The notes under the pieces are model-generated. The model was not told the origin of the DNA, did no database searches, and worked only from the letters and a program-made list of their open reading frames with translations. From a bacterium (GTDB lineage Bacteria; SAR324; NAC60-12): DNA of 64,000 bases. Of this stretch, positions 41,607-53,458 are shown piece by piece. A program made the position numbers and the translations under genes. The stretch is taken from assembly GCA_965209155.1 (NCBI GenBank), contig OZ242383.1:2240001-2304000 (forward strand), given 5' to 3'. Every line of letters starts with the position of its first letter. Position 1 is the first letter of the stretch.

Positions 41607-42077
41607 TCAGAATATCACGAAGCGGCCAAATGGTGATCTGGTCACTAACAGGGTTTGTTGCCAGTCTGTTCCTGTCTCTTCCAGGTCAAATCCTGTCAAC
41701 TCTACAAACTCTACACGACCTGCCAAAGTCTCAGAGACATTTTTAATGATATGGGGAGACGCACTCCCCAAGATCAAAAAACAAGCTTTGTTTGTCGGTT
41801 GATCTACCAAAACTCGCAATACTGAAAACAATTCAGGCTTGTTCTGAATTTCATCTAAGATCACCAATCCCTGATGAGAATTCAGCATCATTTCCGGATT
41901 TTGAAGACGGATCAAAGCTGGTTGTGATTCCAAATCATAATAAGCAGCCAATTCCTTTTCACCACACCATCGAGCCAAGGTTGTTTTACCACACTGACGA
42001 GGCCCTAAAAGAGCAACGACTGGTGATCGTTTTGATGCTTGGGAAAGTTGCTGGGCATATCTTTTTCGTTCAATCAT
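41607..42077 (-). pseudogene. Truncated AAA_14 (DUF4143-associated) ATPase
   Basis: GPRQCGKTTL (Walker A), ILDEIQ (Walker B), LGSAS, ETLAGR. Ends at 156 aa, with the C-terminal half missing. Confidence 0.8.
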
Positions 42078-42087
42078 CGCATCAGTT

Positions 42088-42128
42088 TACCATGAATATT
42101 CGGAATGTAAATCCGAATATTCATGGTA
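42088..42128. promoter_or_regulatory. Perfect 17-bp inverted repeat just upstream of the AAA_14 gene
   Basis: TACCATGAATATTCGGA-7 nt-TCCGAATATTCATGGTA. Confidence 0.55.
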
Positions 42129-45100
42129 GACGCGAGTCTGTAATGAGAAAGGAAGGAAAGAGGGGTGCCATCTTCCAATCCGCTGGTTTTAGATCCCACG
42201 ACAATGATCATGAACAATTATTTCAAATGTTGTAAAAAAAGGTAGAGTAGCAGACAGGTTTCGCTCTTTCCACTCTATGACTTCAACTGAAAGCCCATAA
42301 TCTAAAACGAGCATGTCTCCATGCTGCTTAGTGGATTCAAGCCCGGAATGGAAATTTTTATATCTCCGGGATTCGGCCATCCACCAGACAAACAATTCCG
42401 TTGACAGAATGCTTTCTATTTGTTTACTATTCATTCGCTTAATCAATACGATCCAGCTGCTAACGTTTCAGAGGGATTGCTTTCTATTTACTTTCTCAAT
42501 AAGGCTAGAGTCATGAAAGACAAAATCACTAAACAGGCTGTCGAGTCCCTCAACCCCGGGACTAAAGACCGTTTCCTATGGGACACCGAGTTGCCGATGT
42601 TCGGCTGTAAAATAACTCCCAGGGGCAGACGGGTCTACCTCTTGCAGTACCGCCTCGAGGGACGTTCAAGTCGCTATACCATTGGAATTCATGGGGCATT
42701 GACCGACAGGGAGGCCCGAAAAATCGCTAAAAGGCTGCTGCATGATATTGCCCTGGGTCGCAATCCGGCGGATAGGAAGAAGAAGAAAGGGGATCAAGTG
42801 GAGGGTAAGATTCAAAACCGTTCTCAACGCCGCAAGCAGCAGGTTGTTGAACTCAAAACTCCTCACATCCGTGGAAATCTGCGGAAATCTGCGGCCAAAG
42901 CGAATAAAGCGGCTCCTGTATCTCCTGAACCGGTTGTGAACAAAACGAATCCCATTTCCAGTCCGGATAAGCCTGAGATTCCGGGGTATTCGCTGGAGGA
43001 GCTCATTTTTGAAAGTGGGCGGACCCGGCTCTGGCGCGGCAGGCGGCAAAGGGATGGGCTTTTGGTTCTGATCAAGGGATCAGCTGCCCCTCAGCAGAGC
43101 GCGCAGGAGCTGGCGGAAATGCGGCAAGATCATGAGATCACCCGGGATCTCGAGATTGATGGGGTTCTCAGGTCACGGGAACTGGCGCAGTGTGAGAACG
43201 GATGGGCTTTGATCCTGGAAAATACTAAAGGGCTCCCTTTAAGAAAGCTGATGGATGCCGTCCGGCTCGACCTGCTGGACTCGCTGAAGGTAGCGGTTTC
43301 ACTGACCAGCACACTGAAAGAAGTGCACCAGCTAGGCCTCCTGCATAAAATGATCAATCCATTCAATATTTTTGTCGATCCGGCATCGGGGACGGTCAAA
43401 CTGAGCGGCTTCGGCCTGGCCACCCGGTTGCCTGAGGAAAATTTGACGACGTTGAGTCCCCAGCTTAGCGGGGAAACCTTGCCCTATATCTCCCCCGAGC
43501 AGACCGGGCGGATGAACCGCCCCCTCGATTATCGCAGTGATTTTTATTCCCTGGGGGTCACCCTTTATGAACTTTTTAGCGGGAGAGTACCATTCCAATC
43601 CCGGGAGGCCATGGAAATCATCCAGGCTCACATTGCCCGGCAGCCCCCGCCCCCTGACGAGATTGAACCGCAAATACCCAGAGTCCTTTCTAATCTGGTG
43701 ATGAAACTGGTGGCCAAGCGTGCCGAGGCGCGCTACCAGAGTTACTCAGGGCTTTCAGCCGATCTGCTGACATGTCTGGAGCAACTGGAATACCAGGAAA
43801 GCTTGTCCGACTTTCCCCTGGGCCGCCATGATTTGCCTAAAGAACTGCAGATCGCCCCGGGGCTTTACGGCCGGGAGGATGAAATCACTGCTCTGGAAGC
43901 CGCCCTGGAGCGAGTCAGTCAGGGAGCGACCGAGATGGTGCTGGTCTCGGGATCCGCCGGTGTCGGCAAAACCGCCCTGGTCGGCGAAATTCACAGGTCC
44001 GGTGCCCAAAAAAACGGCTTCTTCATCTCCGGCAAATTTGACCAGCTCCGGCACAATATCCCCTACAGCGCCCTGATCCAGGCGCTGCGGGGACTCATCC
44101 GGGAGATATCGGCCGAAGGCCAATCCGGAATGGAGCGTTGGAAAAGCAGGATACGGGCTGCCCTGGGGCCCAACGGACAACTGGTGACCCGGGTGATCCC
44201 GGAACTGGAACCGATGATCGGCCCGCAACCCCCGCTGCCGGAAATGGGAGCGCTGGAGGCCCGCAACCGCTTCACTGCCGTTTTACTGGAGTTAATCTCC
44301 GTTTTCTGTGAAAAGACCCATCCTCTGGTTATTTTTCTGGACGACTTGCAGTGGGTGGACGCTGATACCCTCAAGCTGGTGGAAAGCATTGCTCAGGACC
44401 CCGAGAAGAAACCTCTGCTTTTCCTGGGGGCCTATCGCGACAACAAGGTGGATGACGGCCACCGGCTGACGGCTGCTATCGATGTGATTAAAAAAACAGG
44501 CCAGCCGCTGCAAAGGATCCCCTTAAAGCCCCTGAACCCGGAGAACATCTCACAACTGCTCGTCCATACCTGCCACTGCCGTCCTGAGGACGCAAACCCG
44601 CTGGCCGAGGTCCTGATGCGCAAAACCGGCGGCAATCCCTTCTTTGTGGGCCAGTTTTTGACTGTACTCTCCGAGAATGAGCTGATCCGCTACTCCCCTG
44701 AGGAAAAACGATGGATCTGGGATCTGGCTGCCATCGAATTCCTGGCGGTGACCGATAATGTGGTGGAGTTGCTGATTGACCGACTCCATCGGTTTTCCGC
44801 TGAAACCAGGCGACTTTTAAGCCTGGCGGCCTGTATCGGCAATACCTTTGACCTGGAATCGTTGGAACGGATCAGCGGAGCCGGAAGCGGGGAGCTCTAT
44901 GAGAACCTGTTGCCGGCCCTGGAAACCGGGTTGATCCTCGGTTTTTCCGAGGCCCCGCAGCTGGATAATCCCCCAGACGGAGCGAGCATGGAGGGCGGCA
45001 GCTATAAATTCCTGCATGACCGGGTGCAGCAGGCTGCCTATGCCCTCATTGCCGAAAAGAAGAGAAAGCCGGTCCATCTTCAAATCGGTCAGACCCTGCT

Positions 45101-45572
45101 CAAACAATACGCACCGGAGAAAGGTGAAGCTCTGCTTTTTGACATCGTCCACCATCTCAACCTGGCCCTGAGGGTGAAGGATAAATGGAAAGAACGATCG
45201 CATCTGGCAGAACTCAACCTGAAAGCTGGTCGTCAGGCTAAAGCGGCTTCGGCTTTTGAACAGGCCCTGGAATACTTTACCATCGGCCTGGACCTCTTAG
45301 GAGCCGCTGCCTGGAAACGGTATTACCCCCTGGCCTTATCCCTGCACGAAGCAGCAACGGAGATGTCATCGCTCTGCGGCCGCTTCAAGTTGATGGAGAA
45401 GCTAGCCGGTGCCGTAAAAGACAACGCCCGAGAGGACCCGGACCTGGCCAACATTTATCTATGCCGGATCCAGGCATACACGATCCATGGCGAATTAAAG
45501 AAGGCCATGGAAACGGGCGAGGAAATTCTAGAGAAATTGGGGTGTCAACTGAGCCGTTTGTCTCCCGGCCAG

Positions 45573-47055
45573 GGGTGTAATTAAAAGTGAGGGGCATTTC
45601 AATTAAGCCCTTTGAAGTTGTTGCCAATAACAATCCCATTTTCCATTGGCTCTTACCACCCTGAGTTGAATCATCTGATCGGCATGTTGTTTTTTCCACC
45701 AAGCGCCAGGGAGTTTGAGCCTTTTTTGGATGAGGGAACGATGGGCGCTTTCAATTTTTCCAGAGCCGATAGGGAGTTGTTGATCAATAGCTGTTTTGTA
45801 TTCAAACTGTCCGGGACGATTTTTCATGTAACGTACCAAAGCGCGAATGGGGGCCTTTTCATTGGGAATAGATTCGGATTCTTGCCTGGATATAAATTGC
45901 TCTAACACGCTGTCAGCTCCTCCTTTTTTCAAGATTTGCTTCTGCTTTTTCAGGAACGGTGAGCCGTCTTCAAAAGCGGCTTGGCAGGCTGCACCAAGAT
46001 AATCACAGAGATGATAAAAATCGATGAGATAGTTCGCCTGAGCGCCAAAATGAGTTTCGATTTTTTCACAGATCCAAGGGGCTCCATCCCCTAAAGCATG
46101 AATCTTCGTCTGCTTTCCCAGTCCCGCTTTAAGCGCGACCTCTTTCATTTGAAAACCCGCTTCATCTCTGCCGTTCAAGGTTCCAGCATAAATGGAGTCG
46201 ACACTTCCTCGAGCATAGGCTAAGGAGGTAATCCCTTCTTTCCAACTCACTTGACGCGTTTTTCTGCGATCCCCCGTAAAAGTAGAGTCTGCCGTCTCTA
46301 CCAGAGGCACCATGGTGCCATCACTTTGCACTATCACCACCCCCGCCCCACTGGCCTCCCTGCTGGACTGCTGCTCTTCTTTCAGGGAGAAACATCTCTG
46401 ACTGTGATGGAGGGTTCGCGCTCGAATACTGCTGGAAGGAATGTCAATGCCATAATGCTCCTTGAGTTTCTGGCTCGCTGCTGCAAAGGAGACATCGGCC
46501 CCAAAATCCACCATCGCTCGCTGCAGAGGCTCTGAATAACCTTGGCACTGAACCCCAATCGAGGCACTCAAGGGTCTCTGTCTTTTTCCTCGCCGTCCTT
46601 CCCTGAAAACAAGTTCTTCGATTCCAATGGGACCAAAGGTGCTGTGCCAATATATTTTTTTTTACCATCTCGGATCAGATCCGCTTTTTGAGAAGACTCT
46701 GCTTCTTTTATATCGGACTGATGGCCCAACCAGCCTTGAAGCACTTCCTGACCTAATTTACGCACTTCTTCAATCGTCCGCCTCTCAGCCTCATCGGCTG
46801 TTTGGCAACTCCCATCGTCATTTTCGATAATCCCCAGAATGGATTCCATCCGATGGCGCAGGTGAGGATATTTCGACAGCCGTTCTGCTAATGAAAAAGA
46901 TGACTCGTCACCTTCCCTTAGTTCTGAGTAACCTAAGCATTTTGACATTTTCAACTCCTGTTTGAAGGTCAATCATTCGAATACACTCCTACTTTCAAAA
47001 TACTTAAAGCACATGTCCAGCTATTTCTCTCTGCCCCACACTTTTAATTACACCC
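45573..47055 (-). mobile_element. ISKra4-family insertion sequence
   Basis: Terminal IRs GGGTGTAATTAAAAGTG(A/T)GGGGCA. 9-bp target duplication CCCGGCCAG (45564-45572, 47056-47064). Confidence 0.93.
45603..46972 (-). CDS. ISKra4-family transposase expressed through a probable -1 frameshift
   Basis: OrfA ends GKKK at an A9 tract (46655-46663). The shifted frame continues IYWHSTFG... then DGTMVP, GDGAPWI, DFYH, PIGSGKIESAH, RLKLPGAWW. Confidence 0.88.
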
Positions 47056-50000
47056 CCCGGCCAGTGGCAGCAGGCCCTCGTTCAAATCAAATCCGGCCTG
47101 GCCGGTAAAAGCGTCGCAGACGTGATGCGCTTTGAGCCGCTCACCCAACCGGATGCCGAGGTCATTGTCCCTATCCTCTATGAACTCCATGTGGCCTATG
47201 GCTTGGCTGGGGCTACTTTGGATGACGGTCTTTGGCAGCCCATCGCTGCAAAACGCATCTCTTTTCTGCTCAATCATTTTCATCCGCAACATTCACCCGA
47301 GTTCTATTTTACCCTTGGAAGTATATATTGCGTGTTTATGCAGGATTTTGAATTTGGTTATGAACTCGGTCGTCTGGGCATACAGCTCATGGAAGCGCTT
47401 GATCTGAAGGAAATAAACTGTAGAGTTTCCGGGGGTTTCAACGGCGTGACCCGGTTCTACCGGGAGCCGCTGTCGGCGTCATTGGATCCCCTGCTGGAAG
47501 CTCATCAGATGGGAATCGAAACGGGAGATTTCTTCTATGCCGGTCGTAGCGCCCTCACAAGATGTCAGATTGCCTTTATGTGCGGGAAAGAGCTGAATTG
47601 GCTGAAAGGGGAATTATCGACGCTGAAGCTTGCTCTCAAGAAAATCGATTATATTCTCGGGTCTCCCCATGCCGAAATGCTGACGAAGGTGGTCACGATT
47701 CTAATGGAGGAACCTTCTACCCTGTCGAGCGGCATCATGGATCAATACCAAAGGGTGACGGGTGCAGAGTTCGTATGTCGGGAACAGAGCAGTTTTAATT
47801 ACCAAAAGCTGGTGCTGCAAACCCTGTTCGAAGAACATGAAGCAGCCCGTGAGACGGTTTTTGAAATGATCAACCTGATGAAAACCTACAAGGATAACCT
47901 TATTGATCCTCTGGCCAACTGCTACCTGTCCCTCGCTCTCCTCGCGCTTTGCGGCCAGGGGCCCGAGGGGGAAAAGGAGGAGATCCTCACCCAGGTTCAT
48001 GACCATCAGGAGACGTTGGAGAAACTGGCGCGCAGTGCCCCGTCTAATTATTTGCATAAATACCACCTGGTGGAAGCCGAGCGGTTGCGGGTTTTGGAGG
48101 GTGAAAGCGACGCGATCCTGTCCCATTATGACCAGGCCATCGCTTTGGCCAGAGAGAACGAATTTATCCACGAGGAAGCCCTGGCCAATGAACTGGCAGC
48201 CAGGTACTTGCTCAACCAGGGGCAGAACGACGCCGCTCGAGCTTACCTGCGCTCAGCATTGGAGAAATACGAAACCTGGGGGGCAAAACGGAAGGTCACC
48301 CACCTGAGGCATCGATATCCCGGACTGATCGCCGATGCTCGTGCCGAAGTAGTAGCGTCCCCATCGTCCAACCTGGATCTGACGACGATGCTCAAAGCCT
48401 CGGAGGCTATCTCCAGTACCCTCGAGTTGGAACCACTGCTGGAGATTCTGCTCCACATTCTCATAGAAAATGCCGGGGCCCAGACAGCAGCCCTGATTCT
48501 GGAAACCGAAGGTCAGTCTCTCATCGCTGCCCGCGGGAGTGCCGAGCAGGTCGAATATTTCCTGCCGCTTTCCCTGCCTGTGGAAAAGGCTTTCTCCCTC
48601 TCCCTGTCGGTCATCTCCTGGGTGAAACAAACCCGGGAACACCTGGTTTTGGACAACGCCTCCCGGGAAGAACGGTTTGCCGGGGATGACTATATTAAAC
48701 GGGAGCGGCCCAAATCCATCCTGTGCGCACCGATACATCATCAGTCCGCCTTGAGCGGCATCATTTACCTGGAAAACAACCTGGTTGAGGGGGCCTTCAC
48801 CTCCCGGCAACTCGAGGTGGTCAAGCACCTTAGCTCCCAGATCGCCATTTCCCTGGAAAACGCCAGGCTTCACGAAAACCTCAAACGAACCGAAGCGGAA
48901 TACTGGGGAATATTTGAAAATGCCACTGAAGGCATCTACCGGACGAGCCAGGAAGGCCGCTTTCTGAGCGCCAATCCAGCGATGGCCCGAATCTTCGGGT
49001 ACTCTTCCCCGGAGGAGCTGATGGCATCCATCACCGACGTCGGGCACCAGCTTTATGTGAATCCGGAGCGGCGTCATCAGTTCCTGGATCTCATCCGGCA
49101 CCGACGCCCCGTTTCTGATTTTGAGGTGGAATTTTTCCGTAAAGACGGCAGCACCTTCTGGGCATCCCTGCACGCCCGCCCCATCTATGACGAGACCGGT
49201 GCATTGCGCTTCATCGATGGGATTATTTCCGACATAACGGAGCAGAAAAACCGGATGGAAGCCCTGCATGAAGAAAATATCCGCCTGAAGGCCAACATCA
49301 AGGAGCGTTATCGCTTCGGAAAGATCATCGGCAAAAGCCCCGTGATGCAGAGGATTTATGAATTGATCTTAAAGGCGGCGGCTAGCGATGCTGGCGTCAT
49401 TGTATACGGTGAATCAGGGACGGGGAAAGAACTGGTGGCCGAAGCCATCCATGAGATGAGTGATAGAAAAGAAAAACCCTTTGTTACCGTCAACGTCGGC
49501 GCCGTTGCGGAAACCCTCTTGGAAAGCGAGTTTTTCGGCTACAAAAAAGGGGCCTTTACCGGAGCCAATGCGGATAAGCGCGGCCTGCTCCAACAGGCAG
49601 ACAAAGGCACGCTTTTCCTGGATGAATTGGGTGAAATCGGCCCCAATCTGCAAGCCAAACTGCTGCGTGCTATTGAGGGCAGAGGGTTCACGCCAGTAGG
49701 CGGACTTGAAGCGGAAACCTCCGATTTTCGCGTCATTGCTGCTACCAATAAAGATTTAAAACAACAGGTGAAAAAGGGATTGATGCGGGAGGACTTCCTC
49801 TACCGCATCCACATTATCCCTATTCACTTGCCGCCTCTCCGGGAACGTAAAGAGGATATCCCCCTTTTGATCGAGCATTTTATGCAAAACCACTCCCCCT
49901 CAAAGAACCTGCCCACAATCACCGTCGCTGTCATGGAAGCTCTGACCTCCTATGATTGGCCGGGCAATGTCCGGGAGCTGCAAAACACCCTGTATCGCTA

Positions 50001-50311
50001 TATCACCCTGGGCGATGTTGATTTTCTGGGGGAACAAACCATCGCCCCAGGTGGTGAACTCTCCAATTTCGGAGAGAACCCCCACCCTGGGAAAATTGCG
50101 CTGGATCAGGCGATGGCGAATTATGAAAAAGCGACGATTCTCAATGCCTTGAAAAATTCCCAGGGCCACAAGGTGAAAACCGCTGCCACCCTGGGAATCT
50201 CCCGCGCAGCCCTCTACGTTAAGATGAAAAAGTACGGAATTCGTACTATCACCTGAAAGAGGCAAAGGCCGACGTGGAACGGACAAAGGGATAGAGAGAT
50301 TTTGCTTCGTC

Positions 50312-50725
50312 TCATGGTGATCCATGACGTCCCAACAGCATTTCTTCCTCTCGGATAGCCAGAATCAAAGGCCGGTTCATATCTAAAGCATTGACCGTTG
50401 CGCGACCAATCGGGGAAAGTCCTTCAAGGAGCACACTATGCCATTGAAAATGCTCGTTCCAGTGGTGTTGCCGAGGATTATACAGAGACACCTCTTGCCC
50501 AGTTTCCGGATCTGTCGCACTCTGACGAGCGGCTTTCCGTAAAGAACACGAGACGCAGGCCAAAGCTAAATTACCAGTCTCTGTCTGCCCACCTGCAATC
50601 ACCGGAATCACATGATCAACATGGAAGGTCGCCTCCTGACCGGCTTGGGACAAATCACAATACTCACATCGATGACTGGCGCGTGTTGTCACCAATTGAC
50701 GCAATGCAGGAGTGATAAAACTCAT
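50312..50725 (-). CDS. HNH endonuclease
   Basis: RCEYC, VDHVIP, NLALACVSC, YNPRQHHWNEHF. Confidence 0.9.
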   Translation of the reverse strand: MSFITPALRQLVTTRASHRCEYCDLSQAGQEATFHVDHVIPVIAGGQTETGNLALACVSCSLRKAARQSATDPETGQEVSLYNPRQHHWNEHFQWHSVLLEGLSPIGRATVNALDMNRPLILAIREEEMLLGRHGSP

Positions 50726-50955
50726 GAGGCCCGTTTAGACTCTTGCCCTACCCGTTCCGTGCGCAACCGCAACAAGGTCAACAATTCTGCTAGATTCACT
50801 AACCCTTCGGCTTCCTCACGCTCCGCTTGGGTAAGCGTTTGACCTTGCTCCTGGCGATCTAATAGGTCTTGCAACCGTTCATTCACACCAGGCGGCAGGG
50901 TAATACGGGCCAAATCTTCGGGTATCTCTAATTCAAATACAACATGTTGAGCCAT
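50722..50955 (-). CDS. Small hypothetical protein coupled to the HNH gene (antitoxin-like)
   Basis: 77 aa, ERLQDLLDRQ..LTQAEREE. ATGA overlap with the HNH gene. Confidence 0.65.
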   Translation of the reverse strand: MAQHVVFELEIPEDLARITLPPGVNERLQDLLDRQEQGQTLTQAEREEAEGLVNLAELLTLLRLRTERVGQESKRAS

Positions 50956-51240
50956 AGTTCCCTCGATTTCAGATTAATTTTCTGTTCGCGACTATTCTAT
51001 AATTTGAGAGCGAATCAGTCAATGATACAATTCATCAATGATCCCTGAGGTGTCCAAATCTCATTGAAGAGTTGAGGGAGCCAATCCAATGATACTCCTC
51101 AAAGAAGTGAACCAGAAAATACTTGTTTTCAATAAGTATATCAAAGCGTTTGGCCAACAGTGAGACTTATTTGTTTTCCTTATCCCTTTGTCCGGGGCGG
51201 CCTTCCGCATTTGCCCCTTTGCCCCTTTAGAGTTTAAAAG

Positions 51241-51443
51241 TGTCCATAATATTAGACATATGTCTTGAAACATAGATTTTGTTGTTTAAATATTTAATAT
51301 CAATGAGTTAACCGCTCTTCCTGATCTAGTAATGTCCATAGATCAAGACACTTGCTTCGCATACCCCAACCTCCCTCTTGTTAAAATTAGTTAATAATTA
51401 CAGTAAGTTAACTGAATATCCTCAAATTTGGCACACTGCTTGA
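51241..51443 (+). promoter_or_regulatory. Sigma54-type promoter with enhancer palindromes and IHF site
   Basis: TGTC-N10-GACA at 51241-51258 and 51333-51350. IHF consensus TATCAATGAGTTA at 51298-51310. TGGCAC-N5-TTGA at 51429-51443 (the -12 element is GA, not GC). Confidence 0.65.
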
Positions 51444-51551
51444 AGCTTAAAAGCTCAACCTGCCGAAAAACGCGGGGCAAGGGGCAATGCCCTTTAAGTG
51501 GCATGAGATCAACTCAACCTTTATTCATTCATTTTTTTTAAGGAGAATCTT

Positions 51552-53351
51552 ATGAAATCGAAAATCGCAATGTTTAATCTAAACAGCAAATCAACCTTCA
51601 GTGCAATCCTGCTTATCCTCATCCTGATGGTGGCCGCCATCTGGGTCAGTTCAGCCGTCGCGGCCGAGAAAAAGATGGTAAGAGATCCAGCCACTGGTGA
51701 AATGGTGGTGGCGCCAAAATATGGCGGGACCATAACCTTCGTCGACAACGGTTCCGCGGGTGCGGTCACTGACCAACGCGTGAGTGGGGCTGCCTCAAAA
51801 AACGTCCAGCTCTTTCAGGAGAAGCTAGGTATCGCGAACTGGGCGTTAGATAGGAACGTATGGTCCTATAACACGCAGCACCTCCCTGACTTTACCTTGA
51901 CAGGGCGGCTGGCTGAAAGCTGGGAGCAACCCGACCCACTCACGACTATCTTCAAAATCCGCCAGGGCGTTCACTGGCATGATAAGCCCCCAATGTCCGG
52001 TCGGGAGCTGACTGCCTCGGATGTCGAATGGAGCTTTCATCGTATATTGGGACTGGGCAGCGGCTTCACCGAACCTTTCGATACTGTCCACGGTATCAGC
52101 CTGTACAATACTAAGTCGGTAACAGCCACCGACAAATATACGGTTGTCTTTAAGCTGAAGTCGATAGCCCTCTGGGCGATGGATCGGCTCCTCCGTGGAA
52201 GTGGCACCGCTATACCGCCCCGCGAGGTAATCGAGCAATACGGCGACGATAATGATTGGAGGAATGTGGTAGGCACCGGGCCCTTCATGCTGACTGACCA
52301 CGTCGAGGGCACCTCTTGGACCTACGTCAAGAATCCTGACTACTGGGGCTATGACGAAAAGTACCCGGAGAACCGCCTGCCCTATGCTGACGAGATAAAA
52401 CGCCTGATATCGAAGGAACAAGCGACCAATCTGGCGATGATGCGCACGGGTAAGGCTGATTACATCGGTTACGGCGGCGACACTCAAATAACTTCAATCG
52501 ACGCGGCAACGAGCCTGCAGCGGACCAACCCAGACCTGAACCTGTGGCCATATTCATACCGTGCGGAGACGGCTATGGCCTTTAACACGCAGATATCACC
52601 CTGGAACGACATCAGGGTGCGCCGCGCAATACAGATGGCGATCGACCTCGAGACGATTAACCGGACCTACCACAAGGGTTGGGCAAATCCGACAGCTGCA
52701 GCGTCTCTAGGGGACGCTATGGTCGGGTATGTCACCCCATTTGAAGAGTGGCCCGACGATCTCAAGGGACACTATGCCTATGACCCGGAACGGGCAGAAG
52801 CGTTGCTTGATGAGGCTGGATATACACGCGGCGCCGACGGCATTCGATTCGAGACCGTCTATGCTCACCTGGACCGCGGCGACTTCGATCTAGACTATTA
52901 CCAGATAGTCATGGAATACTTGCGTGCCCTTGGCATAAACGTAGAGGTGAGGAAGATTCCGGTAGCTGATTGGGGAGGTTTTGTAAGGGACTCCCGAGGG
53001 GAGGGTCTGTTTCTCAACGTACACAACACCGACTATATCACTGGCCTAGAAACATTTTACTCGACTGGATACAACCCGTCCAACGTCAATGATCCGGCTT
53101 ATGACGCCATATTAGACGCCTTCCGAGCCGCTACTACGACCGAGGAGCAGCAGAGGCTGGCTAGAGAGGCAGTTATGCGTGCAGCAGAGCAGCACTGGAC
53201 TATTGCGGGACCGAGAGTTCCGAGTTTTATGGTCACCCAGCCTTGGCTGGTGGGTTACAGCGGTGAAGTCGAACTGGGGGAAATGGACCGTGCGATTATA
53301 TTTTCGCGCCTCTGGATTGACCAGGATCTGAAGGCGGAAATGGGGTTCTAG
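51552..53351 (+). CDS. ABC transporter substrate-binding protein, family 5, copy 2
   Basis: Signal peptide, PKYGGTI, LAESWEQPD, VGTGPF, PWNDIRVRRAIQMAID, YDPERAEALLDEAGY. Confidence 0.92.
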   Translation: MKSKIAMFNLNSKSTFSAILLILILMVAAIWVSSAVAAEKKMVRDPATGEMVVAPKYGGTITFVDNGSAGAVTDQRVSGAASKNVQLFQEKLGIANWALDRNVWSYNTQHLPDFTLTGRLAESWEQPDPLTTIFKIRQGVHWHDKPPMSGRELTASDVEWSFHRILGLGSGFTEPFDTVHGISLYNTKSVTATDKYTVVFKLKSIALWAMDRLLRGSGTAIPPREVIEQYGDDNDWRNVVGTGPFMLTDHVEGTSWTYVKNPDYWGYDEKYPENRLPYADEIKRLISKEQATNLAMMRTGKADYIGYGGDTQITSIDAATSLQRTNPDLNLWPYSYRAETAMAFNTQISPWNDIRVRRAIQMAIDLETINRTYHKGWANPTAAASLGDAMVGYVTPFEEWPDDLKGHYAYDPERAEALLDEAGYTRGADGIRFETVYAHLDRGDFDLDYYQIVMEYLRALGINVEVRKIPVADWGGFVRDSRGEGLFLNVHNTDYITGLETFYSTGYNPSNVNDPAYDAILDAFRAATTTEEQQRLAREAVMRAAEQHWTIAGPRVPSFMVTQPWLVGYSGEVELGEMDRAIIFSRLWIDQDLKAEMGF

Positions 53352-53458
53352 GGATTTCATTCCATTTCTTCGCTGACATCAGGGAGAGTGGGGAGGCGCG
53401 CTTTCAAGCGCCGCTGCCCCGCTCTCTCTTCGTTGAATAATGACAGGGTATCTGTGCC

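Larger units (their letters stand above)
42513..50256 (+). pseudogene. Giant sigma54-dependent activator (integrase Arm-type DNA-binding, pseudokinase, AAA_16, helical repeats, GAF, PAS, sigma54 AAA+, Fis HTH) interrupted by an IS
   Basis: Removing 45573-47064 rejoins SPGQ/WQQAL in frame, giving ~2083 aa. Motifs: LWDTELPMFG, YISPEQTGR, GSAGVGKT, LDDLQW, YLENN, GESGTGKE, ESEFFGY.KGAFTGA, WPGNVREL, LGISRAALY. Confidence 0.9.

Noticed and set aside
42189..42446. 85-aa minus-strand ORF
   Set aside because: No recognisable motif; cannot tell gene from relic.
42513..42800. Prophage or ICE integrase
   Set aside because: Only the arm-binding domain is present; no catalytic domain, att site or phage genes.
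48253..49269. 338-aa minus-strand ORF and similar long antisense ORFs (e.g. 4979-5707, 21944-22720, 35450-36232)
   Set aside because: Shadow frames opposite well-supported genes, with no motifs of their own.
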